From contig MU006091.1 of assembly GCA_010093705.1 (NCBI GenBank), positions 1,240,001 to 1,304,000 of the forward strand: a stretch of DNA of 64,000 nucleotides, written 5' to 3'. Shown one piece after another: positions 51,290-62,170 of the stretch. The notes under the pieces are model-generated. The model was given only the letters and a program-made list of their open reading frames with translations, did no database searches and was not told the DNA's origin. Source of the DNA: Patellaria atrata CBS 101060. Its lineage: Eukaryota. The translations under genes were made by a program, and so were the position numbers. Position 1 is the first letter of the stretch; the number at the start of each line of letters is the position of its first letter.

Positions 51290-52380
51290 TTACTCCTTCT
51301 CCTGCAAGAACTCAACCGCGGCTAAATCAAAACAATCAGCACAAACTCTCTAGTAGCAAACTAACGATATTAGATAAACTCACCTTTCCTAAACGCTTCC
51401 GGATTCTCACTAACGATCCAATGACCAGCCTGGATATCCACGACATCAAACCGTGGAAAGAACCGTCCAATAATCGGCAACGTCTCGTCAGCTACATACC
51501 TACTATCCTTTGCCCTCATAAACAGAACGCGGCCCTCATATCTCGCCTCCGCGGGATCCTTAAAGGGGAAATCCGCCATGTTGTCCAAAGCCATTCCCAG
51601 CCTCTTGACCGGGATCCTCCACTTTAGCACCCCGTCGGTACCTTTGAGCAAGTTCGTCATGAGGAATTGCCGGACAGGGAGCTCTTTTGCGTAATCTTGC
51701 AGGATGGCGTCCGCGTCTTTTTGGGATTTCACTTGCGCCTTTTCGACTTCCCGCATTCCTTGGATGTATTTGGGGAAGTCGGATGAGAGTGATGCGTCCA
51801 CGGGCGCGTTGTCGATGGCGATGAGGTCACGGACTAAGGAGGGCGCGCGGAGTGCGAGGGTTAGGACAGTTTTCGCGCCCATGGAGTGCCCGATTAGAGA
51901 GGGTGTGGAGAGGTTGTGCGTGGAGATGAAGGTCTCGACGTCCTTAGCCAGTGCGACGTAATCGTGCTGTGGGTGATGGGGGGACTCGCCATGGTTACGG
52001 AGGTCCTATATCAGGGGGATCAGGGGGAATCATTAAGAGAAGAAAGGGGGTGTTTACGATCGCATATATTGGCCGATTAAGATCGCGGGCAAGGACCCTG
52101 CGTATATATGAGCTTCCGGTTCGAGTGGGATAGAATATAGAAATCAATTGACGTACTTGCTTATAGTCCTATTATTCTGTTTTGACCCAAACAAGCCGTG
52201 TAGGAAAAGTATCGGCGCGCCATCGGAGGGCTCGGAACGCTCCTTGTTCTTCGGCGGCTCGTGTAGAGTGTAGGCAAGCTGAAGCTCATACAGGGCTCGT
52301 GAGGTAGAGAAACTCCGGGAAGAGCGATGAAGGCATGGCTGCGCGAAGAGCAAGCGTGCCCTGGGGCGGAGGGATGACAT
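51290..52380 (-). CDS. Mitochondrial alpha/beta hydrolase (ABHD11/Imo32-like), four exons
   Basis: Arg-rich presequence MSSLRPRARLL; LHGLFGSKQN, DLRNHGES, nucleophile motif GHSMG, AGHWIVSENP. Confidence 0.9.
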
Positions 52381-54701
52381 GATGTTGAATTGAAGTTGAG
52401 TGCGGAAGAGCTTCGGAGGAGCTTGGAGTTGAGCACGGACGGTAGCTTTTTGAGACGACATGGCAGCATTAAATAGCATCATCACAGCTCAGGAAAGTAT
52501 ACTTAGCAAAATATTCCCCTCATAATACTGGAGATGCTATCTTATATTCGGTTGTACCGACTTTTCAATATTTGCTGCTTAGACGGGGTTAGAACCAGGA
52601 CTCCGTTGATGAGGACCGTTAACATTACAAGCTTGGTAGACCAGAACTCAGCGAGGAAAGATAATCTACGTATAAAAACTGTTGAGACCGTTATCTCGCT
52701 TACTGGAGGGCATTTCAGCCTGGTAATAGCATTATTTCACATATGGGTGGCGTGGATGTGGTGCGCTATAATGGGTATGTGATGTGAAGGTAACCCTGAG
52801 CGTTAATGATACTTGAGTATGGGAATTTGGGGAGAAGTGAGAAAATTGATGCGATAATCTACGAGTCTAGTTTTCTTTCAATTTACTAGCACTAGTAGTA
52901 CTCAAATTCGAATCAGTACCAACAGCAGTGGACTATCCCAACCACTTGGATATTCACATAGAAGATAATCGATAGGAAATGAAAGGAAAACAGCCATGGA
53001 TCCCGCTCATCCCATTCCCCTGAGGCAAGGAAATCTAAATCATCCAGGGTTGATATAATGCACTGGTACTCTATCAGCTTTTTCGGCGTCTCTCCCTTGA
53101 CTAAGATCCTACTTCGTACTTCCGGTTGTAATTCAGACAAGTTGCCTATTCCACGGGTCGGTCGGTTTAATCGGAATGGCTGGGGACCCATGAAGATGGA
53201 GTTTATAAAGGGTACGAAGAACGAGATGCCGGAATCCCTGGATGAAGTCAGTTTGGATAGAGTCCCGCCAACCTCTATTCTCTCAGGTCCAACACATGCC
53301 TGAGTCCCGTCATTTTGTTAAAGAGGAATGCAAACCTTGTTATGAACAAGAAGCAGAAGGGTTAAGACAAGGGGTTGGATAAACGATTGGGTAGAAGAGT
53401 TTTGGGGGGGTTGATATGATATGTATAGATCGATAGAGGTCGAGAAAAAGGATCGCATGGTTGGATAAAAGTGTGTACGAAGGGCGGCGGTTATGATGAT
53501 ATAATATTGATTATTTATCATGCGATGTAGATACGAAGTGATGTGAAAGATATGCAAAATAGAAGGTAAGTGATGTTAGATAGATATAATATGAACTAAC
53601 TTAACATAGAGGTGGATAGAGCAAGCGGTGGAAAGTGTCATGGGTCAACCTCAGATGAAAGCTGAAAGGTATATTGCTATATGTACATGAAGTTTAAACT
53701 TAAGGAAAGAAAGTGTTGAGACAGCCTATGCTGTTCTACTAAAGTACAGTATGACTAAGCCGCTGGATCATCCAAGGCACTGATACCTATCGGGTCTGAC
53801 CCGTGAGAGAAAGAAACTACAACGTTCGATGGTCCCGAACTGTGGTAAGAATGCATATAAATTCTGATGATGGGAAAAGATATCTGATATGCAATGAGAT
53901 ATAAGAGTGAAAACACGATATTAGGGATGCTCTCGAGATAAGACTAGAGGGGGGCAATGCAAAAGATACCAGGTGTTATAGATGACCGAAGATGGAAAAA
54001 ACAGAATAAGATGCTAAGAATTAGATGCTAAAAGCTGACCGAAGAGCGGAAACTTACGTGAAGAAGCTGAATTTATACCTAGAGCGTTGGTTGAATTTCC
54101 ACTGTGCCTTGACGAATTCTGGGCGCAAGATACAAAATTCCGATTTGAGAGGCGAACCATGGTACTCCTCAATGCTTAAAACCCAAAATGGCATTGTTCG
54201 ATTTCGTGCCCAAGAGCAAGAGCCGGCCGGGGTTCAGTAGCTGTCAAACGAATTATAGGTCGGTATTCGGAATAAATCCGACTTCGAATTTCTCAGATAA
54301 AAGGAAGATGGGGTATAGATTAGTACCCGGATCCTGGAAGTGGATAAATATACCTGATATTTGTTGCGAATCCGCGATAGTCCCTCCTCCTAGATCTTAT
54401 CCTTCCCGAAGTAGTCTCTATAGAGTACCCATAACACGAGAGACTCTCACCTCCCCTACCTTTTCAACAAGCTAGGATTTGAACGAAGGACAAACATAGA
54501 TGGGCAAGAAAGGAGTTGGAGAAGCTTATAGTAACTTCAACTATTAGCGAAAGGATCTATGATAAGAATATGGACGGATATATTCCAAACATATACAGAA
54601 GTCATTCAGTCTGCGCACCCTACGCTGTCATGTATCATCAAATCGGATGAAGGACAACCAAGCAGTAAAAGAGAAATAAAAAATAAAAAATAAGGAATGT
54701 C

Positions 54702-54866
54702 AAAAATCAGAAAACCAAAACAGTCCCCACGCCCTCCGAAGAGGAACGTGGTAGTCTGCCGGACCCTCCAACCGGGGGCCGAGGATCGAACCTAGGACGT
54801 GCTGATGACTGGACCCGATCGGTGTGGTGGGAATTTCCCACCACTAGGCCATAAATCCTGGGTTAT
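54702..54866 (-). ncRNA. Putative RNA polymerase III-transcribed structured ncRNA (tRNA-type internal promoter, not a canonical tRNA)
   Basis: Minus strand: TATAAA 54895-54890; A box TGGCCTAGTGG 54851-54841; B box GGTTCGATCC 54792-54783; hairpin GTGGTGGGAAATTCCCACCAC; 3' hairpin capped by C(UUCG)G; T4/T4/T5/T6 runs from 54720. Confidence 0.6.
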
Positions 54867-55428
54867 AGAAAGTAGTCACGCGTTATTAATTTATAAGCTG
54901 TAGGGCGAAAGATCGCGTTGGGGACGTGGTTGAGTGTACCTTCGCAGAGGGTGTGGTGGAGTAGGAACTATAAATTCGCTAGCAGTCGATTTGTAGTGCT
55001 AGCAGCACCTGTACATGTCTTGCTTGTACCTTAAAGAGGAGAGTAATAGTTTTTACGTTTTTAATATCAATTCGCACTCATTAAGGGTTCAGTGGAATTT
55101 GTACTATTCATAGAGCAGTGTGGTGTTCCTGATGTTGACTCCGACCAATCTAATTAAAAACCTAACGCGATCCATCTGCTAATCTTGTGCATACCTCCAT
55201 ATCAGGTACCTGAAATTGTGACTCTATACAATGATTTTTCTCCATGAAAGGGCTAAAAAAGCCTGTCACGTGATGAATTAAGCTACCTTATCTTATCTTG
55301 ATCAGATCTTTCCGTCTCAACTTCACCTCTTCTCGACACCATCTTCCTGAGCCAGCCTTCTATCATTGAATCTCGCTCTCCCCAATTCTCCCAATATAGA
55401 ATTAAAGGTCCTGGAGGATAAAAAGGGG

Positions 55429-56306
55429 ATGGACGTAGTAGGAGATGCTTCGGGCAATGACTCTATCACAACACCTACAACTACTCTTATTTCCTCAACC
55501 TTAAATGTCCTACTTCTCATTCTTTCCTCAGTTTCCTATTACATTCTCTACGTGCCTCTTCGCTTCATTGCTTTGATTCTTTATGCAGTGCTTAGTAGCA
55601 TTCTCAAAGGCGTCTGGAGCATAGTTTATTTTATCCTATTACCCGGGATCGTTATTGTGGAATGGCTGGGACGGATGGCGGGTTGGGTGGGCGCATTTGT
55701 GGCAAGGTTTGAGGTATGTAGTTCCCTCTTACTCTGATGTTCTTGTTGTATCATGTCCCGTTTCCGTGAATCCCCTGGTTGTCGTATTGCTTCCGTGATA
55801 GGGAGACAGGGAGATTGGGGAGTTGCAAGGTCATTTCTTGAGTATGCATAAACGAAGGAAATGTGTAAAGACTGTTTGAGATTCTATTTAGGCTTCAATA
55901 CTATACTAGACTTCAGTCGCGTATTCATTCAAAACACAATACGTTTTGCTAATCGCAAAGGAGGAATCATCTGGACTTATTTCTTTCTCAATAGACCCTC
56001 TATATCTATCTCGGCATTGCATCCCTCATCGGCGCAGCTTTTGGCCTCTTACTATATTATCTTTCTACGCTCCTCACCTCTACGCTCAACCTCGAAGGCT
56101 CCTCCTCATTAACAGGGTATGAAAATGGGCGCACCATCAAGGCTTATAGGGAGCAACGGCGCCGCAAGAAATTGCAAGAGAGCGGATTAGACAGACTAAA
56201 GTTACACGCGATTAGAACCGGGCGAGTAGATCCGGAATATCTGGAAACTCGGGAAAGAGGTCAAATGGAGGAGACGATCATGGAGGAGGAGGATTCAGAG
56301 TTCTGA
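55429..56306 (+). CDS. Hypothetical fungal membrane protein, ~198 aa
   Basis: Exon 55429-55713, 281-nt intron, exon 55995-56306; hydrophobic helices, junction FE|TLYIYLGIASLIG, acidic end TIMEEEDSEF. Confidence 0.75.
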
Positions 56307-58519
56307 GTCTTTCGAGATAAGAAGCCATGCGCTGGTTCAGGTTTGACCGAAGTACTCAATTATTAGCTGCGAAAGGGGGAGGAATAAGGAGTAGGTATTT
56401 GTATTCGGATCATAGCGATGGATCTTCAAAATGGCAAAGTTAGCGCAGATCCTACATCATGATACAACTTTAATGGTATGGAGGATAAGTTCTAGATCTA
56501 TGATAAACATTGCTGAAATTCTGGTAGTGAACATCGATCTGCCCCGGTTGCCCTCGCATCACGGGATAATATATTTCGTTCCACTCTCGCAATGCCCTAA
56601 CTATGGGTAGTAAAAGATATGGACCAGGATCCGATGAAGTTGAATGGAGGTCCACGAAGAACTTGTACGTCGATGTGAGACTTTCTTCGTGTCTACTGAT
56701 ATTGTAGGCCAGGATGCTAATCGGCCCTGCAGAGGATAATTGGCTTAACGGAGAAGTTGAAGCTCACCTAGAGCAGAAGGCGAACAGACAAAATAGACTG
56801 CATAGTTCAGGAATGAATGACCTCCAGTCTAAATAGCAGGTCTTCTCTTCCGAATTGTAGCCGTGGCGGAAGGAGCGCCCCCTCCCTTCCACTTCCACCT
56901 CCGCCTCCTGATCCCGCTCCTCCCTTTCCTCCCGCACGCACTGCCGCCGTCCCTTCCTTTCCCGCAAACGAGACAAACAACAATCTAACCCAATTGGGCT
57001 GCCTACATAACCTTATCATCGAACGCAGCAGGACATTTGAAGCCATAGATAGGAATTGATGATTTTTCCTGTATAGACGTGTATAGGCTCAACCATCACA
57101 TCTATCGATAGTTTAATTTATATCGGCTGGGTCTGGAGAGATACTAGATTCAGTCTCTGGCAAATTTCTATGCATAGATTTTGGGGTTGCCCAATATTGC
57201 GGATTATTCCTTTTATGAGGCAAAGGTTGGATGGTGTGGAGGTTGGGTTGCTCATGCACCCTATGCTACGAACAACTATGCAACGAAACGAACAAGCACA
57301 ATCCAAACAGCTAAGGGAACCCAAACTTCAGTTTACATTCATTCCTCTGGGATTTAGAGACCGATTAATCCGATTTTGAATATAAGATTATTTCCATCTT
57401 CCCAGTACCAGCCCTTTACTGAGATTATCAAAGCGTCGCTTGGCCAGAAAGGACACTTCTATGCGCTCTAGACATATACGTATTCCTGAGCGGGACTCAT
57501 AGATTCAATGGTTTGCATTGGATTCGATAGCATGGTTTGAGTTTTTGTGGATAATTGGACATATATCTGTCTGGTCTGCTCATCTCTAAGTAGGTACCCA
57601 CTTCAGATCTCTCATACACCTTATATTCAAGACGTGTAAATGACTGGAAAGTGTCAGCCGCTTTGAGAAAGCTCAACGACCATTGGTGTCTGTCACCCTT
57701 CGTGACAGCATGTTCGCTCGGTTTATCATAGAGTTTATTGTCAAATCTTTTCTGCAGTGAGTGAGTGCGAGTTCATCCGTCTAAAAGTCCATACCCACAC
57801 TTCTGCATCTCTAGCTTCGTGACTATTTGTTCAAATTATCAAAATCTTTCATAGAATCTGTCATAAATAAACCCGTCAATGCGATTATGTCCAGAGCCTC
57901 TATTTTCTTGTCTACTACTGTCGTTAACTTTTAACCACCAAGCGAAGAAAGAAAAAATCACACAAGGTGCAGCCTTCAGTGAAGGTCCAGGAGATCTAGT
58001 GGAACAGTTTTGACTATAGTGAAACTTCAGAATATGATGGTAGTGTGCTTCATTTCCTTGAACTTAAGTGAGAGAACCCTAAGCAGTCTCAAGGGGGTTG
58101 AGAAGCTTCCTCGAGAAGTAAGAGATGAATTGAAGCACCGCGTACAACCACTTATCCATCACACACCATAACGTTATAAGACCTGTCATGCACTCATAAT
58201 CAAAGGCATTAGTTCATCTTACTAAGCCCCCAGTCCATTTCCTTCACCTAAGGTATTCACATGCATTTGCCGCACTTGTCAGTACCCGACAAACGCACAT
58301 CATCTTGCCTTCATTTCTCTAAATCTACAATAGCTACAGTCACCTGGTCTTAGAACTAGCGTCATTACCCGCAAAACACGTCCACATAAACAAACTTCTT
58401 CCAACCCACAACAACAAAACATCTTACACATCTCGACCGGTAAACAACAATCATCACATCTTCGCATGTTAGTTCCAGAATACCTTCTCCCGTCAATTAC
58501 TAATTCCAAGTAGAGCACA

Positions 58520-60054
58520 ATGAATAAATTTCACCGCAATGTCGTTGCGGTCGAAGAGTACCAAGAAACCATTTTGATCTACCGCTCGACGTCCAGATTC
58601 ATCTGGCGCATCCTCTACGCGTACCTCCTCACCGCACACTACCCGAACGAAAACAACGAAAACAGATCTACCCTCCTGGGGATCGGGGAAGCACCCCAAC
58701 CAGAAACCATCATTGACGTCGTCTTCATACCACACGCGTTTCTTAACGGCGACCCGATCGCCGGATGTTCCTGGGAGCATGGGCGGATGTTCATGCGATA
58801 CACGAAGTCGCTCCGTGAATTCGAGTGCACAATCTTTCACCAGGAAAGGATGGAGAATGGTAGTTTAAGCAAGGAGGCGGAACCAACCCGATACCTGCCA
58901 GTTCACTCTCACGAGTATCTGGCCGAGCCTCTTGCGTTTACGAAGCCGCGAACTGGATCACACGAAGGATCCCAGATGAGAGAGTGGGTGGAGAGGTCGC
59001 ACCTCCCCCCAAACCCAAACCCAAACCCAAAGCTCTGAAAAAAGGTCACAAAAAGGTAGTTAAGCCGATCGACGTCTCCGTACCTGAAAATAGGAGTAAC
59101 GTGGTCGTAAGTAGTGAACTAGATTTCCCCGCGTGCCCCCGTTCCCCCCCGTCCCCTCTCGTCGTCGGAAACGCCGATGACCGTCCCGCCCTAAAACCGT
59201 CTGCCGAATACGTCGAGACGATACGGGTCTACCGTATGACGAACTTCAAGCTGGCCCAAAAGATCCGCGAAGCGTACCGAAGTCGCCGCGGCGCCGCCCT
59301 CCCTCCCCCCTCCGCACTATTCGGCCATCTGGGCCCCCCACCAGCCCTGCAGAACGTCCCCGCGCCCCTGATCCGGCGCCAGAGGAAGATCTTGGCCCGC
59401 GTCTCGGAGCTCCGCGCGCGCCGCCTCGGATCGGACACCCCGGCCGCCCTCGCCGTACCGGCGGCGCCTTCTCGCATCCGTGCGATGAAGCAGCGCCTGC
59501 ATCCCTCACTCCGACCCGCCATACGCGTCTTCAGAGCGTCCCTGGCCCATTCCGTCTTCTTCTTCTTCGTGCCGCACGTGTACAGCGACGGGACCTCTGT
59601 GATCGGGTATTCGTACCCATCGTCTCCCGAGGACGTCGTCTGGACCACGTGCGGTGCGGACGGTCTAGCCTTCTTCATGAAGGGGGAAGGGGTGAGGGCA
59701 ATGTACCGGTACGTACGGGAGGAAATGGTGGCCTGCAGAGCCTCCACTACCGGGTGTGCGGCTCGGTCCCGCGTTCCCTCGCCAGCGGCCAAGATGCGGA
59801 AATAGGGGGTACGGATGGTTTACAAGAAGGGCGGGACAAGCGGGACGTGGGGATGGAAGATGAGTGGGACGAGGAGACGGAAATGTTGTACGGTGAGTGA
59901 GGTAATATTGTATTGTACCCCTTTTCGGTATACACATATAGCTAACTGATTAGGGTTCATTGGGACGGTCTGGTATGGATGTTCTAATATCCGAAGATTG
60001 TGTTGGAGTACAGTTGGTAAGGCGGAGGGTTCAGGAAGATTCATGGCTTCTTGA
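58520..60054 (+). pseudogene. Orphan locus of three overlapping ORFs in successive -1 frames ending in a consensus intron; frameshifted pseudogene or recoded gene
   Basis: ORFs 58520-59038, 58984-59805 and 59649-59900; GTGAGT..GCTAAC..TAG intron at ~59894-59953 lies in the third frame, after the stop of ORF2. Confidence 0.4.
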
Positions 60055-60233
60055 TGATCAGATTGGGCTTGTACTGTACGATAGTTTAACATAAGCATAG
60101 AAGCAGAAGATGATACTCTAACGGGAGGAAAACATTTTTACTGGGCGGAGGGATTCACTTGGGACACGAAACGATAAGAGTTATCATTTTCTCGTCTCGC
60201 ACCTATGTACAAATATGATGACGTATCAGACCC

Positions 60234-61752
60234 CTACAACTTTCCCTTACTTATCTCCCTATCTAATTGCAGTGGATCCCTCAGTGTGATCCCATACTGC
60301 CTCGCTAACTCCTCACTTCTTGCCTTCTGGGCCCTAATCTTCTCCAGCACCGCCTTCCCCCTCTTATTCTCATTCTTCCCCAACTGCAGAATATGTACTT
60401 CATCCGGCCCATCTACAATGCGCATGGTGCGTCCATTCGCCCACATGGCCGCTAACGGGGTTTCCTGACTGACACCCTCACCTCCATATGCTTGAACCGC
60501 CCGATCAATGACAGTGAGTAAAGTTTGAGGGATTAGAACTTTGGCCTCCGCAATTTCTTTGAGCGCGCCTTTGGCGTTAGACTCGTCGATCTTGATTGCT
60601 GCTTCTAATACGAGGAGGCGGGCGGCGTCAATCTCGACCCGGGAGCGTGCGACACGCTCCAGCATTATACCATGTTCGGAAAGAAATTTACCAAAGGGCT
60701 TTTTGTGCGGTTCGTTGAGGCGCTTGATGAACCATTCGAGCGCTTTTTCAGCCTGGGATAAGGTTAGTATTGGGTAGGCATGGGGGACTCAAGGCAGGTA
60801 AGGAAGTATAGAGGTAAAATGAAAAGAAGAAAGGATGTACATACGGCGCCAATAGACCTCATAGCATGATGAATCCGCCCCGGCCCCAGTCTCCCCTGAA
60901 TGATCTCGAACCCCTTGCCAGGTCCAAGGACCATACAAGACTCTGGCACACGTACGCTCTTAAAGGAGATATGACCGTGGCCGTGAGGAGCATCGTCGAA
61001 ACCGTATACAGACAGCATGCGGTGCACAGTGATACCAGGGGTATCAGCTGGGACAAGGATAACGGACTGTTGCCTGTATGGGTCGGGATTCCGAGGGTCA
61101 GATTTACCCATCACTATATAGATCTTGCATCTGGGGTCACCGGCGCCGCTGGACCACCATTTCTGCCCGTTAAGAACCCACTCGTTTCCTTCCTTCTTCA
61201 TGGTCAATTCGATGTTCTTAGCGTCGCTTGATGCTACTTGTGGTTCCGTCATTAAGAATGCAGATCTAATCTTTCCCTCTAGCAGAGGTTCCAGCCACTG
61301 CTTCTTCTGTTGTTCGTTGCCATATTTCGCCAATACCTCCATGTTTCCCGTATCTGGAGCCGCGCAGTTGGTAGCCTCACTCGCTGTCCTACTCTTCCCC
61401 AAATACTCCGCCATAAGCCCATACTCCAAATTGCTAAACCCCGCTCCCTCTTTAAAGTGATTCTTCGGTAGGAACATATTCCAAAGACCCAACTTCCTAG
61501 CTTCTTTCTTCAAATCCTCTAGAATATGGGGGTGTGCGGAGAAGCGCTCCTTGGTAGTTTCTCCAATTTGTGAGAGGTAGACGGAATCGGCGGGGATACA
61601 TTGTTCCTCGACGAACTTCTCCACCTGAGAGGGATGTTAGTATGGAGGAGCTTGTAGTAGCAGAGCGAGCTCACAATATCCAAGGTCTTCTTAGCTCTCT
61701 CCGAGACGTGCGGACGCGCGATGGCGGGGATGCGTTGGCTTGCTGTGGCCAT
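60234..61752 (-). CDS. Acyl-CoA dehydrogenase (ACAD10/11-like), probably peroxisomal
   Basis: LGLWNMFLP, NCAAPDTGNMEVL, SAFLMTEPQVASSDA, NGQKWWSSGAGDP, QGRLGPGRIHHAMR, MRIVDGPDEVH; two introns; C-terminus SKGKL. Confidence 0.92.
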
Positions 61753-62170
61753 TATGAGAGTTCTTATGGGGTATTAAGCTTAAGAGGGGAGGTCTTTAAG
61801 GGGAAAATACAGAGTTCAAAAGAAAATCTCCAAAGATTGAAAAATAGTAGCTATAAGGCGTTATTGCTGACATATGGTGTCTACGGCATCCCCGAGCTTG
61901 GATTTGGTTACGCGGGGAAGTTACCGAGGCTTCTCTACGAACAACTTCCAGATCGGAATGGACGAATCACAGCTCATATGATCATCAGGAGAGATAAAAG
62001 TGAGATATTGAATGATTCAGTCCATGGCTGATTCATATTCATATTCAGTAGCTAAGAGAAGCTATTTTACACGTTGTAGCCGCATATCCCAACTCATCAT
62101 CACCTCTATGCCTTTCCAGTACCTTTATCAGAATATCATAAACGCATAATGTTAGAGGAAATGAAACAAA

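Noticed and set aside
54800..54845. Hammerhead ribozyme core or C/D snoRNA box C (CTGATGA on plus strand)
   Set aside because: No GAAA after a stem II, and no suitably placed box D or terminal stem
54770..54860. Canonical tRNA gene (A and B boxes present)
   Set aside because: No complementary acceptor stem, D-stem or anticodon arm; the T-like arm pairs best with a 6-nt loop; kept as a non-tRNA Pol III candidate instead
56310..58500. Telomerase RNA or another long ncRNA in the large intergenic gaps (also 32.7-34.4 kb)
   Set aside because: I found no telomere-template motif (TAACCCTAA-like) or other recognisable conserved element by eye; an Infernal search would be needed to exclude it
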